Positions 37,850-50,144 of a stretch of DNA of 64,000 bases are shown here, in pieces. The notes under the pieces were generated by a model, which saw only the letters and a list, made by a program, of their open reading frames with translations, ran no database searches and had not been told where the DNA came from. Within the stretch, counting starts at the first letter, position 1, and every line of letters starts with the position of its first letter. The translations under genes and the position numbers were made by a program. The stretch is from positions 29,822,001 through 29,886,000 of the forward strand of contig NC_092346.1 of the NCBI RefSeq assembly GCF_963676685.1, given 5' to 3'. The DNA is from Mytilus edulis (taxonomy: Eukaryota).

Positions 37850-40331
37850 TAACATTGACGGTAAAACTATATTCATGTTAAGCTAGCTGCTTTACGATAA
37901 TTTTCTTAGTTTGCTCAAATGTATACTATAGAACAGTGCTAGATGGATTATAATTCAAATCCGCGACAATGACGGTACAAACTTATATTCATGTTAAACT
38001 AGCTATTTTAAGATTTTTTACTGTGCTCAAATGTATATTGTAGAATAGTGCGATGTGTCGAATGGTGCTGAAATTTTATTACTAGTGCAAAATGTTTGTT
38101 AAATGTTTTTGTTAATGTTTACCATTATATGTTATGAAATAGAAATCAATAGTGCAAAAATAAATAGTTAACAATCATACATATTTGTTTTATTTAAAAT
38201 CAACTACCAGAGGACGGTAGAGTTTAAGGTTTAAATGTTTCAGAATTAAGGATATTCTAAGAGATATGATTTTCTATCAATACATGTTGTATATATTAAA
38301 CGCATCAAAAAGAGAGATATGGGTGCAAAGTACACGGTCTTAATTTAACAAGAAAACATGTACATGGGTACATGTAGTATATGATATAAATTCAACAAAC
38401 TGTCACAAGCCTCTCTATTGCCTTTTGAAAATATGCGCAGCCCTCTACTTCGCGTAACTGAAATGCAGTTGGAGAAATGAATCTAAAAGAAAACAATCTG
38501 CCCCATATTACTGTATTTCTTCTATATTGAGATATTTTGATAAAGATACATTTACACGTAAATGTGAGATATTTGTGAAAACTGTTGATTGAAAATATTC
38601 ATAAGAGGTTAATTGCGGGTCTAAGCAGTAGGTGGAGAAATCGCATCCGGTCTAAACGAAAACAACAACAAAATCTGCCCCACATTATTTCTTCTATATT
38701 GAGATGTTTTAATTTGATCAAGATACACGTAAATGTGAGATATTTGGGAAAATGTTGATTACATTTTGGTCATTTACATGCCAGTTATATACATGTATAA
38801 TTATTATAATTCCATGCAAACATATTTGTATCACAATTCCCATGGTTATTGGTTTATTAACTGTGATAGAAACAATAATTTATACGATGTCATTGCATTA
38901 TTTAATGCGACAATATAACACTACAGGTACAAGCATTCTGTTCAGTCACCTTAAGTTTATAGCGTGCCATTCGATGGACCAATGGTCCGTGTTGAAGGTC
39001 GTACTAGTACTTTGACCTATAATTATTAAGATTTTACCAAGGTTTTGTATAGTAAGACAATACAAATCCTTGTTTTAACACGTTGTGACTTGGATCAAGG
39101 AACCATTTAAAATGGGACCAAGGTTAGATGATCACTGTCAGACAGGCATGCACACAGTTTAATAACATGTTTTAAATAGTTGACCTTTTTTCATATGGAG
39201 CATAAGAAACAAACTTAAACCAGGAAAAACTAAAGATTTATTAAAAATGCATTGAGCAATGAACCGGCAAGTAAAACATACCAGACATGTACATTTAAAG
39301 TATATTCATACACCAACTATAGTTGACCTATTGCACACATTATTAAAACAACAGACCAAAACACAAAAAACGGCTGAATCATGAAAATGAGGTCAGATCA
39401 GATCAGAGGACATCTGCCAGATGGCCATATACATACATTTACCTTAAAACCATTCCATACACCAAGTATAAAAGACCTTATACATACCGTATTAGAAAAC
39501 TAGACCAAAACACTAAAACATAACTGTTCCCACTGAACCATGAAATAAGGTCAAGGTCAGATAAAACTTGCCAGTTGGACATGTAAACCTGACAATTATT
39601 TTATACTGTACACCAAATACAGGAGACATATTGCTTATAGCACCGACATATAGTATTTGAGTATTGATTTAAACTTGTTCACTGATCCATGAAATGAGGT
39701 CAAGGTCAAGTGAATACTGACTGACGGACACGAGGACTGTGACGTTACGCACGTTATTGCGTCAATACTGTGTAATCAATCAGTCCACACTAATAACAGC
39801 TTTTCTATAAAATCATAACCGCTAAGTTATATAAAACTTATATCCATAGACTAGATAGGTAAATACTATTCCGAAAAAAGTACAAATTGTTTCATCATAT
39901 TTTACTATAGTCTAAAATAAGGACAACATATTGACAAAACGTCAAAAATATGTTTGTCAGACGTAACAGACTTAATACGCATAATAACTTTAGCAGGGGT
40001 GTTTGTGTTCTTCAAAACAGTATTATATCCAGGAAAATTCAACTGAATGATATGCTTATGTATAAAGTATTACAATATTACTGAATATGCGTTCCTGTAA
40101 CGACCAACGCTATTTTTTTGGCAAAAACAAATAGTGTTCATTTATGGTCAGATTTTGTAAAATGTTAAGTTATCAAAATTTATAGGTTTTAACATATAAG
40201 ATTATATGATATTTCGTTTGTGTAAATTATGCTGACAAAAGTACATATATATAGACCATACCAAGATCGAATTTTTGCAGCACTCACAGTACATATAAAA
40301 ATGCAACGGCTTCTGGCAAATGTCTTGCAAG

Positions 40332-40840
40332 ATAAAATTGAGAATGGAAATGGGGAATGTGTCAAAGAGACAACAACCCGCCCAAATAAAAAACAACAGC
40401 AGAGGGTCACCAACAGGTCTTCAATGTAGCGAGAAATTCCCGCACCCGGAGGCGTCCTTCAGCTGGCCCCTAAACAAATATATACTAGTCCAGTGATAAT
40501 GAACGCCATACTAATTTCCAAATTGTACACAAGAAACTAAAATTAAAATAATACAAGACTAACAAAGGCCAGAGGCTCCTGACTTGGGACAGGCGCAAAA
40601 ATGCGGCGGGGTTAAACATGTTTGTGAGATCTCAACCCCCCCCCCCCCCCCTATACCTCTAACCAATGTAGTAAAGTAAACGCATAACAATACGCACATT
40701 AAAATTCAGTTCAAGAGAAATCCGAGTCTGATGTCAGAAGATGTAACCAAAGAAAATAAACAAAATCACAATAATACATAAATAACAACAGACTACTAGC
40801 AGTTAACTGACATGCCAGCTCCAGACTTCAACTAAACTTC
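40332..40840 (+). repeat. Abundant interspersed repeat, young-looking copy
   Basis: Matches 32486-32890 (reverse) and fragments at ~41931-42010 and ~42780-42930. Confidence 0.8.
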
Positions 40841-41043
40841 AAGATGTCCATTATCGGATTTCGATGCTTTTTACAAATATATTGTCATTTGCAACGTTAT
40901 TAATTGAAAATTTAGATTAGTTGCATGCTAAATTGGGCTTTTCCGTAATTGTACTTTAACTTTACAAAACAGCTACATAGTTTTTGATAATTTGCGTAGT
41001 CAAAACGACTTCCTTTTCAAAGAAATAAAATGTCTTACAAGTT

Positions 41044-44000
41044 CACTGTGTATCATCGCCACCGGAAATTGGGTACTAACGAAGCGGAGAGAAATAGAAA
41101 AAAAAGTAAACAAGTTAAGAATTCATTCAATTTAGAGCATTTCCACTCATTGGATGAGGGTGCCGCTTAAGAAATGATTTTCTGATATATAATTCTTTAA
41201 ATTATTAGGCAGATAAGTACAAAATTGATACAAGATTTTGTGTAATACTCCAAAACTTGCCACTTAGTACCGGAAAATTTCGAGGTCGATCGTCCTCTGT
41301 CGCCCCATTCTCAAGATATTGAACTGTTTTTCATTATTTTTCCAGACACGTTTTTAGATTATTATAGTGTGGCATCATATTTACTGAAATTTGTTGTCAA
41401 AAAGATGTATTTTAAAGAATATAGACCATGAAAAATAAAATCTAGTGTACGGCAACTTGCTCGTGTTGACAAATTTACTGTATGGCAACTTGTTTTTAGC
41501 TGTATGGCAACTTGCTAATTTTAGAATAGTTATTTACCGTCCTTTCAAAGAAAATAAAGTATTAAGTTCAAATATCTAAGGGGTGGGGGAGGGGGGGGGG
41601 GGTCCTTTTTAATTTAAACTGTTTTTGTCTTTTTCAAGGTTTTAATTTGTTTGAAACTGTTATTTGACTGATAAATTTAAAAACCCTTAACTGTTCGACC
41701 CACTGTCTGTAATCTGTTTTGTTAAAATTTGCAATGTTGTTAACTGTTTATTTGAAATTGAGATTCCAGTTATCTGTTACTTAATACTTAAGTGTTCACT
41801 GTTTTTGACATTATTTTCTCTGTTAACTGATCTTAACTGTAATTTACAAGAATCACATGCAAATTTGCTGTCCATTCCTTTTTTACGTTGCTTCCTCAAA
41901 GTAAAAAATCTTTGAGTATAGTAAATCCTTGATAAAATTGAGAATGGAAATGAGGAAAATGTCGACGAAACAGAAGCCCGACCAAATAGAAGAAACTACT
42001 CAACGCAACGAGAAGATTATTCACTAGGATGGGGTGTCAATTCACAGATAGGAAAAAACTTAGAATTGACACTCATAATTTTTAAACACCCTCTTTCACT
42101 TCCTTCCTAATAAATAAGGCTTACTATTTGAGTTATGCATGTGTATATTTATGGAAAGAGAATCGTCCATAGATTTAATTTCCAATAGTAATAATTGTGA
42201 AATATAATCTTTTTTTGTGTAACCATGGCAACAATCAGCATTTATTTGATACCAAATATTGCAAGATAGGGGGTTGAACATGTCACAAAGATCTCAAAAA
42301 TTTGGTCCAAAGGAAAATGTCAATCAATAAGAGTGAAACCTTTCCTGAAACCATAGACATATATCTATCAAAAGGTAAAACAAAATATATGCATTTCTGC
42401 ATTTTTTTCCATAAAATTGAATTGAAAAGATCGAGCGTCAAATCTTTGTTGAAAAACAATACAAATTTTTTAAATTTATGGCGGTACGGATAGGAACGTA
42501 TGGACGTTCAAACTGTAAAATGGCTTCTAAAACATGTTAAAAACAATCTAAACGTTCATATAAACCCACTAGGAAGGCTATATTATTATTCAACTATCTA
42601 AAAATCAATTCAATTGTACAAAAACTTTCATATTTAGAAAATTCACCATGGCTATAATGCGAAACTAAACTTGTAACTGTGTATTGATATACCCGAAGCT
42701 GTCTCCTAAGTGAGCAATCATTTAACTACAAAAAGGGGGTAGAAGTTCAATGTTTGTTTCTTGAAACATATAAATGAACCAAAATTTAAAAAATGAAATA
42801 AATACAAGACTATATAAAAATGTAACAAAGGTTACAGACTCAAGTTGGGTCATGCAGGTGCAACAAATGCGGCAGTGTTAAACATGTTTAGAGATATATC
42901 GTACCCCTCTTTATACGTCTAACCAATGTAGTTATATCTGCCTTCTATTTGTTATGTATCAAAAATGTTAAAAGGAAAGGCCACTTCTTATCCAGCTAAA
43001 ACCCTGGTCAGTCCTATGAAGAAAATAATTCAGAAGTATGTGGAATGTTTGATAAGTAATATTGACCCTGAGTACCTGGACGGAATCGTGAAATATAAAG
43101 TACCTTTACATTTTGCAATTCGTAAAATAACTGAACAGTGTGGCCTGGTAGAAGAGGCCGGAAAATGAGGACTTAGTTCTCAAATTGATGTCAAATTTGC
43201 TAGTCTAAGACTTCAGAAATGTAAAGATGGACCAAGGCTTTTTTTTATATCAGTTCAGAGTTCTTAGTTGCATGGGACTTGGAGATGAAAGAGCGCTTCA
43301 ACTTGTGACACCTTACATGTTACTTTCTGATTTATACACTGGTTTTGATGATTTAAAATAAAAATGAGTAAACCTTCGTAATTCCTTTTAATAAAATCAT
43401 GTAAGCAATGAGTCGTATGAATACCCTGACTGAGATGTAACCATAATTTAAAAGAGCTACCGCCATAAAAAAAAATTATGTTCACGCCCTATAGTATTCA
43501 CTCATTCTAACTGTTTGTTACACTTTCCTACGTCATGATGATAACCCAAGTTTACTACGACTGATTGACATAAAACATTTACTCAACAATATACATAACC
43601 AGAAGAAGCCTCCCTTTTGCTGTTTGGAGCATTTTCGATTATTCATGACATAGTCCTTTTTCTTGGAGTCGATCACTCCGTCTGCTTTTCCATCCGTTCA
43701 ATTGTCTGTCCATGTGTCAATAAAAAAAATATGGTACTTGCCACAGGCACTTGTTTCAGAAAAAAAAATTCCTATATACCTTAATACAGGAATTTTTTTT
43801 TCTGAGACAAGTGCCTGTGGTACTTGCATGTGATGGATAGTTATCTTATTTGCAATCATACCACATCTCCACTGTTTTTATCTAAAAAAAAAAAAAAGCT
43901 AGCACCAACAAAAGAGGAATGGACGGTTTATTTTATTGAACTTATACAATTCAACCTAACAACAAATAAGACAACAGTCGTTAGTAGCATAACGATATAT

Positions 44001-44697
44001 AAATGTATTTAGGATAATATGGTTGAAAAAAACCATTTTGTACAAAATCGAAAAGTGGTACGCAACGAGGCCTTCTGAACTGAATTAACGGCATATATTT
44101 AATAATATTTGATAAGTAAGACATTTTGTATATTTGTAAGCCTGTAAAGCTTTGATATCAACAAAATATCGTCACTTGATATTATTTAAACAGTGATTAA
44201 TTTCCTCTTAAAATTATAATATATTGCAAGACGCCGTACAGACAAAAGTTGTTATTTTGCAATTCGCCGTACAACGTTCTGCAATTCGCCGTACAACAAA
44301 CAAACAATGTTTTTGTCCATATTCTTTAAAAAACATGTTTTTGACAATAAATTTCAGTAAATATGATGCCACACTATAATAATCTAAAAACGTGTCTGGA
44401 AAAATAATGAAAAACAGTTCAATATCTTGAGAATGGGGCGACAGAGGACGATCGACCTCGAAATTTTCCGGTACTAAGTGGCAAGTTTTGGAGTATTACA
44501 CACAATCTTGTATTAATTTTGTACTTATCTGCCTAATAATTTAAAGAATTATATATCAGAAAATCATTTCTTAAGCGGCACCCTCATCCAATAAGTGGAA
44601 ATGCTCTAAATTGAATGAATTCTTAACTTGTTTACTTTTTTTTCTATTTCTCTCCGCTTCGTTAGTACCCAATTTCCGGTGGCGATGATACACAGTG
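41044..44697. mobile_element. Non-autonomous Transib/RAG-like DNA transposon (3654 bp)
   Basis: ~380-bp TIRs (41044-~41426 and ~44316-44697) with only a few mismatches; both ends read 5'-CACTGTG; perfect 5-bp TSD AAGTT (41039-41043, 44698-44702); three subterminal TGTAYGGC..(T)TGC motifs inside each TIR. Confidence 0.85.
43742..43819. mobile_element. 78-bp palindromic MITE with 8-bp TSD (P- or hAT-type) nested in the Transib-like element
   Basis: CACAGGCACTTGT.TCAGAAAAAAAAATTCCT arm and its reverse complement; TSD GTACTTGC (43734-43741, 43820-43827). Confidence 0.8.
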
Positions 44698-46986
44698 AAG
44701 TTTGTCCACTGGACGATTTTGATACGTTTTTAACGTTGTCGATTCGGGTACGCTATTTATGGTGGAACATCTGTATATATTTCCTCAGGTAGAATTTTCT
44801 TGATAGTTAGATATTATCAACAAGATCACAAAGTATAAAAAAAAATCCGATGACTTGGGTTGTTTGTTTCGATGAGGTTCTTAAGTTGTGAAAAAGTTTT
44901 GTATCACGGGAGGATAAAAAAATAATCTTTTTCAAATTTGAGAAGCGTAAAACTGAGATTTGTTTGTTTATTTCTCTGCAATAAGATTGTATAGAACTTG
45001 AAAGCGAAAATAAAATTGGGCCTAAAGCGTGGCTATATATATACCTCTCCACATCATACAAAGCTTTTAAACATGCGAGATGAATTATCCCAAATAATCA
45101 TTAATCGCCGTAAAAGGTACGCACTTACCAAATATATTTATCCTCTTATTCATAAGAAGAAAGAAAATCGGAATATAAAAAATCTTAACTTTTTTCAAGC
45201 AGTCACTGAACCATGCATGGAAAAAGGGAAAAAAACAATGGACATCATGATAACAGACGAAAACTTCATAAAATAAGGCATCTATATACAAAGTATGGAG
45301 GATACAGATCTTCTGAAATATAAGTTTTGAAGAGGTTAGCTGACACCGCCGCCACCTGAATACTATCTCTATGTCGAGCTTTCTGCGACAAAAGTTGCAG
45401 GCTTGACATAATCGTTATCAAAGGGCTACAACACTCATGCCGAGAAGTCGAATTTCGAACATGCAGACTTATTTGAAGAACATGTCTAGCTGATCACGTT
45501 TATACAAAGACGTAAATATACGTCCTTGCGTTTACAATTTAAAGTTTCTTTCTATCTATTAAAGTTATCAAGATAATAGGCAAACATGAAGCAAATGGTA
45601 AAATGTGTTATTAAGGAAACTTGCCCCTATTAGAAGACGTCTGATAGTTTGACATATAAGGACAATTGATAAAGTTCACTTTCTAAACATTAGCCCGTGT
45701 CAAATATTGTCTATTTATACCAGTTTTCAAAATACATTGTGCGTAATAGGCAAAAATTGCATTTTATGATCTATTTTTAGCCAAATCAGCCATCTTAGTT
45801 AAGGGGTCATCGAACTGGATACCCCAATGGTGAATGTGGCCAAGTTACATTGAGGACAGTAGTTCGATTAGAACATTTTTGTAAAAGTCGACGACGACGG
45901 ACGACGGACGCCAAGCGATATGAAAAACTTTTGGTTAGCTATAAAACGTTAAATTTAGAAAATGCTAGCAGAATAAATTGATACAACCGTTTTACCTTGA
46001 AACCATGGCAGATTTTTGTATACATAGATGAAGCTTACTAATTATACTATTCGTAATAGAAATACACTCTGATACGTATAGTCGTCTGGCATTTTTTATT
46101 ACATAACCTGGAACTATTATACTTACTATAATAGTCCCAGACATAACTAAGACAACATGGTTATAACTGGGACACAATATTTTAGTTTAAGATCAGATCA
46201 TGTTTATTATAGACTCAAAAGATCGATAAAAAATGTACATGACACAAACTATTTTGTTTAAGCAGAAAACAATGGTAAAATATTTACGTGGTTTGAATAT
46301 AAAGGTTATTTAAAAGCTGAATCACAATTGTCAAAGGGAGATTGTCCTATTTAATTCGATCCACTTCAACGAATTCATGTTATGTGTAATTCATAAGAAA
46401 AGGAAAGTAGAATACTTAACATTATAAAGGTAAATATGCTAATGCATGCCAAAGTTGAAACGAAAGCTTATTTGGAAGGAAATAAAATAGCCCGGTAACA
46501 AAAAATTTAGTATACATCACATTTAAACAAATTAATGAGAAAAGGAGTTATACGTTAGCATTTTGCCAATATGGCTGTCATATTTATGATTACTGGTATC
46601 CAGGTAACAATAGATAGGTCTTCACCGGGGAAGTATGCATTTACCATATTTGTAGTTATTGGTAGGGGCCCATGCTAGTACTGCTTAGTAGGCCCTTATT
46701 ATCATTTTGTTTTTTTACCTTTTTGTTTATTTTTTGTTGTTTGTTTTACCAGAGACATATATACTCATTAACAAATTTTCACTTGTATTTTTTTTTTAAA
46801 ATGATGATTTAATCAATAAAATGAAGGTTCATCCAAGGATTTGTATACTAGTAGTACATCTTGGTTCATCCTAACAAAATTAATGAATGAACAAATATGA
46901 TTGTATATACCTCAAAAGTCACACTCATCCAGATAAACCTGTGCAGATGGGAATATTCTAAACGGTCTACTAGTAGAATTTTTATT

Positions 46987-47055
46987 TTATTTTGTGAAAG
47001 CATTTAATTTCAACGTATGCATCATACGTTGAAATTAAATGCTTTCATAAAATAA
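46987..47055. repeat. 33-bp-arm near-perfect hairpin upstream of the TRIM coding exon
   Basis: TTATTTTGTGAAAGCATTTAATTTCAACGTATG-CAT-CATACGTTGAAATTAAATGCTTTCATAAAATAA; the single mismatch is a G-U pair on the plus strand. Confidence 0.85.
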
Positions 47056-47721
47056 CAAAAATATTCAGAGGAAAATTCAAAACAGATGTCAATCCTGAAA
47101 CAAATTGAAATAGCAAAATAAAAAGCTTTATAAACACACCAATTAAATGGATAACAGTTGTCATATTTCTGACTTGGTACAGACAGATATGTCTCTGGTA
47201 CAGGCATTTTCTTATGTAGAAAATGATGGATTAAACATTGTTTTATAGCTAGCTAAACCTCTCACTTGTATGTCAAGACAATTTTTAGCAACACATTTAT
47301 GCATTATTATCTATCTGCTGCTCGCTATTAACATTTTTCTGTTGCAAACGTTTGTTAGTATTCAGAGTAATTTTCTTGTTTGAAACAGAAGTTTATATAA
47401 AAAGAAGTTGGGTGGTATGATTGACAATTCTCTACAAGAGACCAAAATGACACAGACATTAAGAACTATAGGTCATCGTATGGCCTTCAACAATGAGCAG
47501 AGTCCATACCCCATAGTCAACTACAAAAGGCACTGAAATGACAATGTTGAACAATTCAAAGAGAAAACCAACATTGTTGACCAAAGGCCTAATTTATGTC
47601 TATTTGTTATGGTGAAACTTCAGATCTAGAACATAAATATGCTGTGTAGGAGTCGTATGTCCCACAATGACAGAAATCTTAAATTTGATATCCTTTATGT
47701 TTTGTAGTGACAAGTTACATA

Positions 47722-49536
47722 ATGGCAAGTAATGTACCCCAATGTGAGCCATGTGCTGAAGATGGGTCATACCTTGAAGCAACGCGATGGTGCTGTGATT
47801 GTCAACAATGGTTTTGTGACAATTGTGGAAAATATCACAAACGTCTTGCTGTTACAAAAGCACATACTTTGCTATCAAAGTTAGAATATGAAAAACTTCC
47901 AAATATGACATCAGCAATCAGCAGAAAATGCCATAAACATTCCGATAAAGATCTTGAATTCTATTGTAATAGTCATGTAACTGCTATCTGCTTTTCTTGC
48001 ATGAAAGAAGATCATTCATTGTGCAAAAGCGTTAACAAACTTAAAGATGTTGCAACAGGAATCAAATCATCTGCTGCAGTCACGGACGTCATGGCAACAC
48101 TAGAAGATGTTGTTGATGTCTTTGAAAAGCTACACAAAGATAGAAAGACAAATAAGGACAACCTAAAAACAGCAAAAGATATTATTGATGCAAAAGTCGA
48201 GAACCTTCTTGATGAAAACCAAAAATATCTACAACAGCTAGCAGCTGACTTAAAATCAGAAGAACACAAAAAATATACCAAAGAAGCATCAGCTTTAGAT
48301 TTAGAGATAGACACTTATAAAACAAAAAGGTCTGTTTTAGAAAAGAAATTATCTGATGTAAAAACAATGGTGGAGTATGCATCAAATGAACAGATGGTAT
48401 TGTCTCTAGAAGACATTAATAGAGATGTTTCGAAACATGAAGAATACCTACAAAGTCTAGACGGACATGTTTTCACAAAAACACTTGCTGTTGATTTTAA
48501 TTTGAATGCCCTGTGTTTGAAGGATACAGTGCGTTCCTTTGGACAGGTATCAGTTCAATCTGCAAAATGTCCAGTGAGGCTTACTGGTAAAAATAAAGCA
48601 ATGGTGCCAACAAATATATTGCAAACAACAAAGTTAACAAATAAATCTTCGCTAGCGAAGGGTAACAATCCAGTCCGCAGCTCCTTCTCTCATGTACATG
48701 CACAAAAAAAATCTGAAACAAGATCATTTGATGACACTTTTGTTCAAGTACGTCAATTTGCCATTCCGCTACCGAAAGCACAGAAACAGAATGTTATAAG
48801 AGATATCAAATGCCTTCCTAATGGATACCTTGCAATGACTGATAGTGAAAATAATCGAGTTCTTATAATTAATCAAAATGGATCGACATTGTCAGAAGAA
48901 TCTCTTCAAGGAAGCCCAAGATGTCTTACTTTCACAAAAGATGGGAGAATTGCAGTAACGATGTTTGATATGCAGAAAGTGCTCATATGGAACCCATATC
49001 AACCATCAAAAAAAGAAAGCATTGATGTCCATGACGAGTGTACTGGGATTGCATGTGTCAATAATATTTTGATCATTAACTGTCAAATGAGGGGTCTTCT
49101 GTTGTATAATGTAATAGACTCAAAAAGCAGAAGACTTACAGAGTACACTGGAAAAATGGACATACATGAGTTTGGTGAAGATAATGTTTGTATTTACAAG
49201 TCAAAAACTAACGACTTTATAACTTTGAACATAAATTCAGGAGTTGAAAATACATGTAGACGATTTAAAGTTTACTCTAAAATACCATCATGTCTAGCAA
49301 AAGATGATTCAGACAACTTCTTCATTATCGATTCTTCAAATGCTGTAAGAAAAATTGATAACAAATCATGTAAAAGTGAAATTGTTCTTGATGTGTCAAG
49401 TGGAATTAACAAACCACAGGCAGTAGCAACTTTTGTTGAAAAATCTAGAGGCATGGTGTTTAAAAGTGTCACCAAGTTTTACCTCTTTGTTGTTAACAAT
49501 GATGGTAGTTCTATTTTAATGTTTCAAAAAAAGTAA
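47722..49536 (+). CDS. RING-less TRIM-like protein: B-box1, B-box2, coiled coil, NHL-like beta-propeller (604 aa, single coding exon)
   Basis: CEPC..ATRWCCDCQQWFCDNCGKYHKRLAVTKAH (B-box1); CHKHSDKDLEFYCNSHVTAICFSCMKEDHSLC (B-box2); helical segment; LAMTDSENNRVLIIN/PRCLTF/PQAVA NHL-like blades. Acceptor TTGTAG at 47707, ATG 47722, AATAAA overlapping the stop. Confidence 0.92.
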   Translation: MASNVPQCEPCAEDGSYLEATRWCCDCQQWFCDNCGKYHKRLAVTKAHTLLSKLEYEKLPNMTSAISRKCHKHSDKDLEFYCNSHVTAICFSCMKEDHSLCKSVNKLKDVATGIKSSAAVTDVMATLEDVVDVFEKLHKDRKTNKDNLKTAKDIIDAKVENLLDENQKYLQQLAADLKSEEHKKYTKEASALDLEIDTYKTKRSVLEKKLSDVKTMVEYASNEQMVLSLEDINRDVSKHEEYLQSLDGHVFTKTLAVDFNLNALCLKDTVRSFGQVSVQSAKCPVRLTGKNKAMVPTNILQTTKLTNKSSLAKGNNPVRSSFSHVHAQKKSETRSFDDTFVQVRQFAIPLPKAQKQNVIRDIKCLPNGYLAMTDSENNRVLIINQNGSTLSEESLQGSPRCLTFTKDGRIAVTMFDMQKVLIWNPYQPSKKESIDVHDECTGIACVNNILIINCQMRGLLLYNVIDSKSRRLTEYTGKMDIHEFGEDNVCIYKSKTNDFITLNINSGVENTCRRFKVYSKIPSCLAKDDSDNFFIIDSSNAVRKIDNKSCKSEIVLDVSSGINKPQAVATFVEKSRGMVFKSVTKFYLFVVNNDGSSILMFQKK

Positions 49537-50144
49537 TAAATTTTGTGTTACATTTTGAATTAATGTTTGCTATCCTAGTCATAGCAAAAAAAAAAAAAGC
49601 AATAAAATTATGTTCTAAATGCACCATGGTTGGTAGTTCTATTTTATTGTTTCAAAAAAAGTAATTACTTTTGTCAGTGATATTTTGAATATTTGTTTGC
49701 CATCAGTCATAGCAAAAAAACTCATAACTTTATGTTCTAAATGCAACATGTTCGAGAAAACAACATCTTTGCACGCTAAGCTTGGTGTTTGTTTAAACCC
49801 TCCTACAGATTCAGGCAAAACTTTTTCTGAGACTATAAGGCATGGTGACCATTTCATTTATTCAAATAAATCTTTGTTCTTTAAATGTCTATTCATAAAT
49901 AAAATTGTTCTTTACACAGCTGCTAAAACAGGAAACAATTTAATGTTTTTGTGGTTATCCTGAAAATATATTAACAAGCACATCCAAGTACTCTAAAACA
50001 ACCATGATGTGAAATAATTATCACCCAATGTCAGATGATAAATTCTCACACCTGTGCTTGTGGACATCACTGAATTCCTACTTAGCAGATGACTTGTCGG
50101 AATTCCAACATTTAACAATATACTGGTGTAAATATATAAGTAGG

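Noticed and set aside
41044-44697. Classification as CACTA/EnSpm because of the CACTG ends
   Set aside because: 2- and 3-bp flanks do not match (TT vs AA, GTT vs AAG), whereas the 5-bp AAGTT matches exactly.
48012-49475. Antisense ORFs over the TRIM gene
   Set aside because: Shadow ORFs of a long coding exon.
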